Shown: piece after piece, positions 20,214 to 28,576 of the stretch | Layout of the letters: every line of letters starts with the position of its first letter | Numbering within the stretch: position 1 is the stretch's first letter | DNA from: an uncultured Armatimonadales bacterium | GTDB lineage: Bacteria; Armatimonadota; Armatimonadia; Armatimonadales; Capsulimonadaceae | Direction: 5' to 3' | NCBI GenBank assembly: GCA_964249345.1 | Contig: CAXUBO010000008.1 | Location: 1-56,698 of the forward strand | Length of the DNA stretch: 56,698 nucleotides | Made by a program: the position numbers and the translations under genes | Notes under the pieces: generated by a model | What the model was told of the DNA's origin: nothing | The model's database searches: none | The model's input: the letters and a program-made list of their open reading frames with translations, nothing else

Positions 20214-21497
20214 ATGAACCAATCTGAAAGAATGAACCGCAAGGCTATTCAACGCCGTCGCCTCATGCTACGGGCTGCCGGCAGCGCAGTCGCTTTGATG
20301 GGACTGGCAGTATTCGTTGCCTCCGGCGGCGGTATCGGACCAAAGGCGGCGCACGCCAGTACGCGCACCGGGACAGCGGATTGCACCTATCTGACCGGCG
20401 GCGCGGAAACCGCCTGCTATGCCAACAAACTTTATTCAAGCTCTGGGCTGACCACCACGCAGCAGAGCGCATTGGAAATCCCCTTCACCGTAGACAATGC
20501 CGTCAACTGGAGCAATCTGCCGGTCAATCCGAGCAGCCGCAACGGCCTCCAGTTCAGCGCCCTGACGACGGCCCAGCAGACGGCGTTCCTAAACGTCGTC
20601 CAGTCCGCCCTTAGCTCCTATTCCAACGACCTCGGCAATGGAGACCCAGGTTACACTACTTACGACGATCTGCGGAAAGCCGATGACGTTCTGGAAGCCA
20701 CTGCCGCCAACGGCGCTTACGGCTCCGGCTTGTATCACCTGGCGATCCTCGGCACGCCTTCCACGTCCGCACCGTGGGAGCTTCAGTTGACCGGACACCA
20801 TAGCGTTTGGAACCTCGTCTACAACAGCGGGACGGTGACGGCCACGCCGAACTTTGTGGGCGTTGAGCCGTCCTCGTTCACGGTCAACAACACGACTTAT
20901 GCTCCTCTGGACACGCGGCGTGACGCGATGTACGCCGTGGAAGATTCGCTTTCCACGAGCCAGCTTGCAAGCGCGACCCTGAGCCAGAACTTCAGCGATG
21001 TGCTGCTGGGGCCGGGCCAGGACGGCGTGTTCCCGACGCAGCAGGGTTTCTTGGTGTCTTCCATGAGTGCCGGCCAGCAGGCGCTGGTCAAGACGGCGAT
21101 TGAACAATGGGTCGGGGCGCTGCCGGCGGCTCAGGCCGGGCCGCTGCTGTCGGCGTATGAAAGTAAAGCGGCGCTGGCAAGCACCTACTTCGCCGTATCA
21201 GGGGCGACCACACCGACAACACAAGGCTCTTACGTCCGCATTGATGGGCCGCGTGTGTGGATCGAGTTCGTCTGCCAGAACGGGGTCGTGTTCCCCAGTC
21301 AGGTCCATTATCACACCGTCTGGCGCGACAAGGCCGAGGACTACGGTGGGCAGTTCTCATCCTACCCCGTCTCAGGCACCACCGGGACAGGCGGCACAGG
21401 AACGGGTCCAGGGACTGGGACGGGCGGGACAGGAACAGGTCCGGGGACTGGAACGGGGCCTGGCACTGGGACGGGCGGCACACCTCCTGGAGGTTAA
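20214..21497 (+). CDS. Secreted DUF3500-like protein with C-terminal (GTG/GPG)n tail
   Basis: Signal peptide. LAILGTPSTSAPWELQLTGHHSVWNLVY resembles the DUF3500 GHH core. The tail is GTGGTGTGPGTGTGG... Confidence 0.55.
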   Translation: MNQSERMNRKAIQRRRLMLRAAGSAVALMGLAVFVASGGGIGPKAAHASTRTGTADCTYLTGGAETACYANKLYSSSGLTTTQQSALEIPFTVDNAVNWSNLPVNPSSRNGLQFSALTTAQQTAFLNVVQSALSSYSNDLGNGDPGYTTYDDLRKADDVLEATAANGAYGSGLYHLAILGTPSTSAPWELQLTGHHSVWNLVYNSGTVTATPNFVGVEPSSFTVNNTTYAPLDTRRDAMYAVEDSLSTSQLASATLSQNFSDVLLGPGQDGVFPTQQGFLVSSMSAGQQALVKTAIEQWVGALPAAQAGPLLSAYESKAALASTYFAVSGATTPTTQGSYVRIDGPRVWIEFVCQNGVVFPSQVHYHTVWRDKAEDYGGQFSSYPVSGTTGTGGTGTGPGTGTGGTGTGPGTGTGPGTGTGGTPPGG

Positions 21498-21512
21498 GCC
21501 TCTTCACTGTTG

Positions 21513-21543
21513 TTGCGGCGGAGCGACCTGTTCCGCCGCAACG
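21513..21543 (+). terminator. Hairpin downstream of the DUF3500-like gene
   Basis: Perfect 11-bp stem GTTGCGGCGGA/TCCGCCGCAAC with a 9-nt loop, 16 nt after the stop. The downstream T-run is weak. Confidence 0.4.
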
Positions 21544-21565
21544 ACTTCTGCAAATTTCCCCTGCA

Positions 21566-22897
21566 ATGATGAAAACTATGAACTTTGCTTCTTTCGCCTG
21601 GCGGTTTACTCTGCCACTGATCGCCCTCCTGTTCCTGCTGCGGCCTGCGGGCGCACACCCGATGCCGCAATCCGCCGTTCTGCTGGATTTGCACAAAACC
21701 GGGGTCGCCGTCGAGCTGCACCTGCCGATCTCGGAGTTCCAGCTTGGGTTCGGCCAGCCAATGCTGCAAGACCCGGTGGGCAGCGTGGCCCAGTACCGGC
21801 CCGCGCTGGCGGACTATATTGCGCGGCATCTCTCGGCAACCTCGCCGGATGGGCGATCCTGGCACGTGGCCGTAAAGGATGTCTCGGTCGGCCCGGACGA
21901 ACTGCCGCAGTTTTATGTGGTGCCTGTGAAGTACCTGATGGCCCATGTTTGGATGGTGCCGCCGCCGGGAGCGCCGATCCGGCAGTTCCAGCTTCATTAC
22001 GACGTGATCGTTCACCAGGTTGTCACTCATGTGGCGCTTGTCTCCGTGCGCCAGGATTGGGACGGCGGCTTGCTGTCTGGGACGCCGGAGATTTTGGGCG
22101 AAGTCCGGTGGTATCGTACAAGTTTCGCTGTGGATCGCCCAGCGGGAAGCGCCTGGCGCGGCTTTTTCAGCGTCGTTCATCTCGGTATTCAGCATATTGC
22201 TGAAGGAACAGATCATCTGCTGTTTCTGCTGGCGCTGCTGTTACCGGCCTCGTTGTGCGCCAAAAACGGACGCTGGGGAGAAGCCGCCGGAGTTCGGCCC
22301 AGTGTCCTACGGCTTGTCAAGATCGCCACGGCGTTCACTCTCGGACACTCGCTGACATTGGCCGCCGGGGCGATTGGATGGCTTCGTGCGCCGAGCCAGC
22401 CGGTCGAGGTGCTCATTGCGCTGTCCATTTTCGTCTCTGCGCTTCATGCGCTGCGCCCTATTTTTCCAGGCCGGGAAATGTATGTTGCCGCCGGCTTCGG
22501 CCTCATTCATGGCCTGTCTTTTGCAAGCGTTGTCGCCGAGTTTCACCTGGACGCCTGGCACATGACGCTATCCATTCTCGGCTTCAACATCGGCATTGAG
22601 TTAATGCAGATTTTCGTGCTGCTCGTGACGATGCCGTGGCTGCTTCTGCTGGCTCGTACCCCGGCGTATCCGCCGTTTCGCGTTGTTGCCGCGACTGCCA
22701 GCGGCATCGCCGCGTTGGGCTGGATGGCGGAGCGTGCGCTCGGCTGGCCGAACCCCATTGGCTTCTGGGTGGAGCGGGTCGCCGCCCACGCCGTCTTTGT
22801 CGTCATCGGCCTGGCCCTGCTTTCTGTGGGAGCCTATGCTTGGAACACGCTTCAGCGGCGAAATCTGTCCGTCCGAACACTGATGCCAAACCATTAG
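21566..22897 (+). CDS. HupE/UreJ-family membrane protein (putative Ni/Co-type metal transporter)
   Basis: Start moved to ATG 21566 (MMKTMNFASFAWRFTLPLIALLFLL signal). HIAEGTDHLLFLLALLL signature, followed by several TM helices. Confidence 0.65.
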   Translation: MMKTMNFASFAWRFTLPLIALLFLLRPAGAHPMPQSAVLLDLHKTGVAVELHLPISEFQLGFGQPMLQDPVGSVAQYRPALADYIARHLSATSPDGRSWHVAVKDVSVGPDELPQFYVVPVKYLMAHVWMVPPPGAPIRQFQLHYDVIVHQVVTHVALVSVRQDWDGGLLSGTPEILGEVRWYRTSFAVDRPAGSAWRGFFSVVHLGIQHIAEGTDHLLFLLALLLPASLCAKNGRWGEAAGVRPSVLRLVKIATAFTLGHSLTLAAGAIGWLRAPSQPVEVLIALSIFVSALHALRPIFPGREMYVAAGFGLIHGLSFASVVAEFHLDAWHMTLSILGFNIGIELMQIFVLLVTMPWLLLLARTPAYPPFRVVAATASGIAALGWMAERALGWPNPIGFWVERVAAHAVFVVIGLALLSVGAYAWNTLQRRNLSVRTLMPNH

Positions 22898-22920
22898 AAA
22901 ATAAAGACAATTGGAACACA

Positions 22921-22960
22921 AAAAGCCGCTCTGGAAATTGTTCCAGAGCGGCTTTTGTTT
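22921..22960. terminator. Bidirectional rho-independent terminator between convergent genes
   Basis: AAAA-GCCGCTCTGGAA-ATTG-TTCCAGAGCGGC-TTTTGTTT: a 12-bp perfect stem with a 4-nt loop, an A-run on one side and a T-run on the other. Confidence 0.75.
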
Positions 22961-22984
22961 CGGCATTCACTTTCACTACAGCGC

Positions 22985-24112
22985 TTAGTGGAGAAATACA
23001 GAGCGAGCAGTCAATGTTTGAGTGGTTGCATCGAATGTGCCCGACGTGTCTACAGTGGCTCCGGCAGTGACATCGGCGAGTGTTCCGGTGGTGTGGCCGC
23101 TTTTCAGGAAGACCGTCGCCGAGGAAGTCTGAACTGTAATCGTGCCGCCCGTTGGCTGAAGACCGTCGGCGCGGTTGACCGTCAGTACAAAGCCGCCCGC
23201 CGAGGCGCTGACGCTTGCGACGGTGCCGGTGGCCCGCTCATGCTGCGTAGAAGTGTAGTCGTTCAAGGTGACCATCGTCGTGGTCACCGTTTGAGCCGCC
23301 GGGTCGAACGTGCCTTCGACATGGACGCTCTGGCCGTTCGCCAGTGTGACGGCGCTGCCGGTCTGCCCGCTGACAACCGTTGTGGTGGAAGACAGCAAGA
23401 CTTTGATCGTGCGCCCGTTCCCGCTTTGCAGGTCAAAACTGGTCCCGGCGACAAGGTTTGCGACGGTGCCGTCGAGATGCCCGATGCAGCCTTCGCCGGG
23501 GTTCTGGCTGCCGTCGCCTGCGCCGACGGTCGGACGCAGAACATTTCCGACAAGCTGGAACTCAGCCAGCTTGAAGTCAATCACCAGCGAAGATGTTTGC
23601 CCGGCGAGCAGCTTGGCCGGAGTGGCAACCGTAATCGCGACGGTGCCATTAGAAGAAGTGCCGACCGTCGGATCAACAGCGACGCTGGTGCTGGTGCCGC
23701 TGGGGGTGACGAGGGTAAAGTGGTCGCCGAACGTGATCCGGGCCTGCGTGTAGGTTCCCGCCGGGATATTCAAGCTTGCCAAAAGCTCTTTGGTGCTGGA
23801 AAGCGACGAAAGGTTGATTGTCTGCCCAGCGGTATCGTTGAAGACGGTCTGGTAGGTGGTGCCGTCCGTGGTGAGTTCGATTTTGTAGAGTGTCACCAGC
23901 ACCTGTTTGTACTGGTCGCTGAAGCCGTCCGTGACAAAGACGTTCAAGGCGGACGGGGTCAGCGAGGAAGTCGTGCTGCTGCTGGAGGAAGTTCCTCCGC
24001 CGCTGCCGCCGCACCCCGGCAGGGTGAGGAGCGCGAATGTACCGCCGAGAAAGAGGGCGGGGACCGCAAGGCGTCGCGGGTTGGGGAGGCGGGTTCTGAG
24101 GAAGCGGTTCAT
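22985..24112 (-). CDS. Lipoprotein with DUF4382-like N-terminal domain and DUF5666-like repeats
   Basis: Start at 24112 (MNRFLRTRLP..LLTLPGC lipobox) with an AAAGGA RBS. LNVFVTDGFSDQYKQVLVTLYKIELTTDG matches the DUF4382 pattern. Confidence 0.6.
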   Translation of the reverse strand: MNRFLRTRLPNPRRLAVPALFLGGTFALLTLPGCGGSGGGTSSSSSTTSSLTPSALNVFVTDGFSDQYKQVLVTLYKIELTTDGTTYQTVFNDTAGQTINLSSLSSTKELLASLNIPAGTYTQARITFGDHFTLVTPSGTSTSVAVDPTVGTSSNGTVAITVATPAKLLAGQTSSLVIDFKLAEFQLVGNVLRPTVGAGDGSQNPGEGCIGHLDGTVANLVAGTSFDLQSGNGRTIKVLLSSTTTVVSGQTGSAVTLANGQSVHVEGTFDPAAQTVTTTMVTLNDYTSTQHERATGTVASVSASAGGFVLTVNRADGLQPTGGTITVQTSSATVFLKSGHTTGTLADVTAGATVDTSGTFDATTQTLTARSVFLH

Positions 24113-24252
24113 GAAGGGTGTCCTTTCTGGAAGAAGCGTCTTAGTTTGGGGAAGCATTTCTGTACCAGTCAGAGCATGCCGGGCGAAGATGAAAAGCAGA
24201 TGAGAAATTTCGTTCCTCGCAAACAGAGGGTGACACCTCAACATAAAGCCTA

Positions 24253-24297
24253 GATGAAGATAAAAACCGTGATGAAGATAAAAACCGTGTGAAGACC
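24253..24297. repeat. Tandem 18-bp direct repeat GATGAAGATAAAAACCGT, two copies plus a partial third
   Basis: Read directly: 24253-24270 and 24271-24288 are identical, followed by GTGAAGACC. Lies about 140 nt upstream of the lipoprotein gene start. Confidence 0.85.
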
Positions 24298-24302
24298 GAC
24301 AC

Positions 24303-25007
24303 TTACACTAAAGTTGCTGTCAATAAGCTCGCATCGTCGCGGAACCGCCCGCCGCAGAACGTGCGGGCGGCATTCACGACTGCATCGCTGACTTCTTTTG
24401 CTAAATCGGAACTTCTCGAAGACCGCTGAGAAGCTGTTCGATAGGTTCGCTCGGCGGCGGATGCTACCCCATCCAACCCGAACATTTCGCGGCCACGGCG
24501 GGCTTCGGTGATGCCGTCCGTCACGAGAATCAGAGTATCTTTGAGAGCAAGCTGCTGCGTCACGGCCTCATAAGCAGCGCCTCGTTCCACGCCAAGCAGC
24601 ATCCCTTGCGCGGCGATGGTCGTACAGCTTCCGCCTGCCCGGAGAACCAGCGGCGGATCAACACCGGCAGCAGCACAGGAAATTATGCCCGTGCTTCGGT
24701 CCCAAAGGACGAGTGAGAGCGCGACAGGCCAGACTGTACCACCGAATGCCGCGAAGCTCTGGCAGAGCAGGTTATTGAGGCAAGCCATCGCAGTCGCCGG
24801 GCAGGAATGCTCGGAAAGAAAGCCGCGCAGGGCAAACTTGACGGCGGGAATGTGCATCGCCGCAGGCAGCCCCTTGCCACAGACATCACCGAGGACGATT
24901 CCGATTTGGGTTCCGTTGATCGGGAAAGAGTCGTAAAAATCGCCACTGAACGGTCCCTCTGTTAGTCCCTCCGAAGATGCGGCCTCACAAAATGCTTGCA
25001 TCGCCAT
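24303..25007 (-). CDS. PP2C/SpoIIE-family serine phosphatase domain protein
   Basis: GDFYDSF, GIVLGDVCGKGLPAAMH, LILVTDGITEA and a C-terminal FRDDASLL are typical SpoIIE/PP2C motifs. Confidence 0.75.
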   Translation of the reverse strand: MAMQAFCEAASSEGLTEGPFSGDFYDSFPINGTQIGIVLGDVCGKGLPAAMHIPAVKFALRGFLSEHSCPATAMACLNNLLCQSFAAFGGTVWPVALSLVLWDRSTGIISCAAAGVDPPLVLRAGGSCTTIAAQGMLLGVERGAAYEAVTQQLALKDTLILVTDGITEARRGREMFGLDGVASAAERTYRTASQRSSRSSDLAKEVSDAVVNAARTFCGGRFRDDASLLTATLV

Positions 25008-25440
25008 GCCCGGAAGCTACAAGGTTTCTGAGCGGGGTGTCAGGAAAAAACGTGTCAGCAGTTCCGCCACGTCGTGATCCTGTTTCCAGGCTGCTTTGAT
25101 TGCCGCCATCCGTCGGTCCCTGCGGGTTTCCAGTCAAAAAGTGCGATGACTTGTCCTGCCTGTTCCCACGAGAAGTGGAAAAGAGTTGAGTCCCGCAGCT
25201 TTGTTTTGATGACAAATGTTCATAGGGTCAGCCTTCCTCGCGAAGCCGGCGGCAAACCTGCCATCCGTCGAGAGAGGGGAGCATCACGTCCAGCAGGATG
25301 AGACCGAACAAGTTCTGCTGCGCCACCGTTAGGCCGGAGTGGCCGTCTAAGGCGACGGCCACTTGGAACCCTTCTTCTTCCAGCCCTTTGCGGACCGCTT
25401 CCGAAATGACAGGATCATCTTTAATCAACAGCGTTCGCAT
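25008..25440 (-). pseudogene. Decayed receiver (REC) domain, probably the former N-terminus of a REC-PP2C response regulator
   Basis: 25440-25228 encodes MRTLLIKDDP..LDVMLPSLDGWQVCRRLREEG and then stops. My manual translation continues in two other frames (..FPLLVGTG.. and ..DRRMAAIKAA..DVAELLTRFF..), parallel to PILMLTA and DFGELLARV of the intact regulator at 16584-17306. Confidence 0.5.
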
Positions 25441-25603
25441 CGGCGTGTGAAATGAGCTTCTTCCTTAGGCAAAGTGATGTTCTCAATTATGAACCCACTG
25501 CATGAAGCCAAGATGAAAGTTTCACGCGCCATTTCGTTCTGTTCACTGCACCTTGCTGGAAGACGGGCTGCTTTCGGTCTGGTATAGCTCACCCTGCGTC
25601 TCG

Positions 25604-26323
25604 TCAGAATCGCCCCCCCAACAGTGATTGCACCTGAGACAGGGGGATATAAAGCTCAGCCCCCCCCTGTTCGGGGGCGCTGAAAGAAATTGCGATGGTA
25701 TGCTTTTTTGTTTTATGCGATTGAATGCTCAACTTTGAGCCATGATCCAGATCGAACGTGATGCGTTCAGAGGGCGTCACCACCATCTTTTCTATGTCTG
25801 CGAGGAGTGCCGGCGGGGAGTAGTTGAAGGTCTGCTCAGTGTCCTCGCCGGCGTTGTCTAGCCCGGTTACACTGAAACGCACGAGATTATCTTCGACCAC
25901 AATGATGACGTGGCCTTGACGGACGCTGAAAAAGAAAATTGCAGGCAGTTCTTCGTCCGGGTTGGTTCCGCCGCCCAGAATTGCGCGGAGCATGGAGAGG
26001 GGAAGGGAAAATCCGGCACCCGTCTCGAACACTCCTTCAACATAAAAGTGGGCCATATCTTTATGAAGGGCAAAACCGCTGCTAACGGTCGTTGACAGAA
26101 TGTTAATCACTGTGTCTCCGTATGCCGTCAGGGTAGTAAGGTCGTTCGGGGTCCCGTCCAAATCCTCAAAGTGCTCAAGCAAATTAGCGGACTCGTAAGT
26201 CATGAATGGCTTCTCAGGGTTTTTGGCACCGGCATGGCGAGGGCCGAAGAAGATGTGAACGTGTTCGGGGGAAAGGACGATGCGAGCGCTACGCTCAGCA
26301 TGGTCAATAAGTGTAAATTCCAT
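25604..26323 (-). CDS. Hypothetical protein (239 aa) with apparent internal duplication
   Basis: The two roughly 120-aa halves end alike: GAGFSLPLSMLRAILGGG and GAELYIPLSQVQSLLGGRF. No known family recognised. Confidence 0.5.
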   Translation of the reverse strand: MEFTLIDHAERSARIVLSPEHVHIFFGPRHAGAKNPEKPFMTYESANLLEHFEDLDGTPNDLTTLTAYGDTVINILSTTVSSGFALHKDMAHFYVEGVFETGAGFSLPLSMLRAILGGGTNPDEELPAIFFFSVRQGHVIIVVEDNLVRFSVTGLDNAGEDTEQTFNYSPPALLADIEKMVVTPSERITFDLDHGSKLSIQSHKTKKHTIAISFSAPEQGGAELYIPLSQVQSLLGGRF

Positions 26324-26617
26324 GGGGTATCTTTCAGCCGGGATGCTTCCGGCAAGTTGTTTTGTAAGTTGCCGCCGTCAAAGCAATGCGGCGGTAAAAC
26401 GAATGTCGGGTGCCAGCGAAGATGAATGCAGGACTAAATCGAACAAAATCGAACTTTTTTTCAGCCCGATGTCATTTTTTCAGCCTGATGTCAGCAGTCA
26501 CCGCATAGCTGGATGGAGGAGGGTTGCAGCCCATGACCGGTGCTTACAAATCAAGAGGGGGAATAAGGGGCGGACGTAAAGAGTGAGGCAAGCCGAGGCA
26601 GCGAAACAGAACAGGCT

Positions 26618-26842
26618 TTATTTCGGTTCATCTTGCTGCGCTTGGTAATTCAGGGCAAGCTGCTTCAGAAAGACGGACGCTCCGCCAGGCTGAATCAGGC
26701 AGTAAGCCCAAAGGGAATCATCCATGTAAACTACATGACCGCGAGCTTTGTCAGACCCTTTGCTTGGTCGGCCTCCCTTTCGAGGGGCTGCATCCGCGGA
26801 CTGATTGGATTCATTTTGATTTTTGGAAAGATCGGTTGACAT
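26618..26842 (-). CDS. Small ribbon-helix-helix-like DNA-binding protein (74 aa)
   Basis: Internal ATG at 26842. Basic GGRPSKGSDKAR arm, then HVVYMDDSLWAYCLIQPGGASVFLKQLALNY fits strand, helix, G-x-S turn, helix. Confidence 0.4.
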   Translation of the reverse strand: MSTDLSKNQNESNQSADAAPRKGGRPSKGSDKARGHVVYMDDSLWAYCLIQPGGASVFLKQLALNYQAQQDEPK

Positions 26843-26978
26843 CTTTATTTCATCATACCATGATGGCTCGCCATGCGGTGAAGGGGTGCTACAAAAAATC
26901 CTGTGAACCCCTTGACAAGAGGTTTTGCAATAGTGCAAAATAGGTTTAGAGATATTTCTAAACTATCCAAGGATAAAC

Positions 26979-27803
26979 ATGACGATGCCGCACAGAGACT
27001 CGATTGGAACGAGCTTACCGAGGCTGACACCCTCAAGCGTTAATGATCTTGAATGCCCAAAAAAATATAAGTTTTTGAGGATGAGCGATGGAGCGGCTTG
27101 GGGAAGCAACACCCGGAATTTCCCAGACTCTGTCGCGAGAGCGACAGCAACTCATGACGTACTCCGCAACATCTACCGCACACGAAAAGGTGGTGAGGTC
27201 AACATGGATCACCTTGAGCCGCTCGCTAGGGCTGCCGTCTTCCGAGGGAGATTTGAAGCTAGTGCTGACAAGGACCAGGAAACGAAGCGCGTGATCGCGT
27301 CGGCCTGCGCCATTGTGGGCAGCGACACAGAGGAGGATGTGGCGGGGACCATTTCAGTGGAGCGCCCAGTCGAGTTTGACTACAGTCATGATGGAGCACC
27401 GCTGATGACGGTTTCTTGCAAAATCGACAGACTTTTAGTCAAACCCGATCAGGCGAAAACTTTGTATTTGCGGGACTATAAGTTCACGGTGAGGCCGAAA
27501 ATTTCGCTCGCCGAGGCTTTTATCTATTTGTGGTCGGCAAAAAAAGCCTTTGCAGGACAAGGTTATGAACAGTTCGCCTTGGAGTACGAATTTTGCACTC
27601 CCGAAAATGAAGTGACCCGCGAAACCGTGACCGGTGCCGACGTGCGGGGACAATTTGCCCTTGTCACCGAAGCTGCCGCCAAAGTAATTCGAGGCACTGA
27701 GTACCCCGCCGTCGCCGGTGAAGCTTGCACTTACTGCCAGCTTCGGGCCGCTTGCCAGGGTCTCTCCCCAGAAAGCGGCAACACTGGAGAGGAAATCTTT
27801 TGA
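26979..27803 (+). CDS. Cas4-like PD-(D/E)XK nuclease with 4-Cys cluster
   Basis: N-terminal LECPKKYKF; KIDRL...LYLRDYKF (D...DxK); C-terminal CTYCQLRAAC (CX2CX5C). Confidence 0.75.
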   Translation: MTMPHRDSIGTSLPRLTPSSVNDLECPKKYKFLRMSDGAAWGSNTRNFPDSVARATATHDVLRNIYRTRKGGEVNMDHLEPLARAAVFRGRFEASADKDQETKRVIASACAIVGSDTEEDVAGTISVERPVEFDYSHDGAPLMTVSCKIDRLLVKPDQAKTLYLRDYKFTVRPKISLAEAFIYLWSAKKAFAGQGYEQFALEYEFCTPENEVTRETVTGADVRGQFALVTEAAAKVIRGTEYPAVAGEACTYCQLRAACQGLSPESGNTGEEIF

Positions 27804-27822
27804 GGAAGGGGAGCTTTCTGAA

Positions 27823-28455
27823 ATGAGAAGTTATTTGCCGCCAACTGCCCATGGGAATGTAGACGCCGAGTTGCTCGTTAAGAACCCGCTGATTGTTGAC
27901 GGAGATGCCGTCCGTATTCTGTTGCACGGCGGAGAAGTTGCGCTGATTGATTTAGCGGACTTGCCTGCTGTCGCGCACCTGCGCTGGACGCCGGATGGAC
28001 TAGGGTACGCCCGATGTCGTTCCTGGTGTAACGGCAAGTTGGAGTATCCACGGCTACACCGGTTTTTGTTCGGTCCAAAAGCGGAAGGCTGGTACATTGA
28101 CCACATCAACGGGCGACGATGGGATTGCCGCCGTGCCAATCTGCGTCTCTGCTCCCGAAGCCAAAACGTACTGAACCGCGCTCCAAACGTGGCTAATCGC
28201 ACCGGCTTCAAAGGTGTACAGCGGCACAAATCTGGGTTTTACTTCGTGCAAATTAAACATTGCGGCCAGCAATACCGGGTTGGCAATTATGAGACGCCCG
28301 AGGAAGCGGCGCGAGCTTATGATTTCCTGGCAGGAAAATGGTTTGGCAAATGGGCACGGCTCAACTTTCCAGGCGAGACATTGAGGTTCCAGTTCAACTT
28401 GGCAGCAATCTGGCATCCGGTATTCAATGTCCATGAGGCAAAACAGAAGGTTTAG
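27823..28455 (+). CDS. HNH endonuclease fused to AP2-type DNA-binding domain (homing-endonuclease-like)
   Basis: ATG 27823 follows GGAAGGGGAG. HNH WYIDHINGRRWDCRRANLRLCSRSQN. AP2 TGFKGVQRHKSGFYFVQI..YRVGNYETPEEAARAYD..ARLNFP. Confidence 0.75.
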   Translation: MRSYLPPTAHGNVDAELLVKNPLIVDGDAVRILLHGGEVALIDLADLPAVAHLRWTPDGLGYARCRSWCNGKLEYPRLHRFLFGPKAEGWYIDHINGRRWDCRRANLRLCSRSQNVLNRAPNVANRTGFKGVQRHKSGFYFVQIKHCGQQYRVGNYETPEEAARAYDFLAGKWFGKWARLNFPGETLRFQFNLAAIWHPVFNVHEAKQKV

Positions 28456-28491
28456 GGCATACCGCAGACCAAGCGGGGCACCAAAGTCGCG

Positions 28492-28520
28492 TGGACAAAA
28501 GGCTGGAAATATGTTAAAAT
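28492..28520 (+). promoter_or_regulatory. Sigma70-like promoter candidate upstream of drmD
   Basis: TGGACA (28492-28497), a 17-nt spacer, then TAAAAT (28515-28520), about 57 nt before the drmD ATG. The sigma-factor consensus of this lineage is unknown. Confidence 0.3.
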
Positions 28521-28576
28521 AAATACGGGCGTATGTCTTCGCCACTCCTCCACGTCTGCACGAAAAGAAATCCGCA

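Noticed and set aside
21067-22203. 378-aa plus-strand ORF, and the 5' extension (21257-21565) of the HupE-like ORF
   Set aside because: It is out of frame with and overlaps the DUF3500-like and HupE-like genes, and is Arg/Gly/Ala-rich. The HupE-like gene has a proper signal peptide starting at 21566, after a hairpin.
22955-24253. 432-aa plus-strand ORF
   Set aside because: It is antisense to the lipoprotein gene, which has a lipobox and DUF4382/DUF5666-like repeats. It has no motifs of its own.
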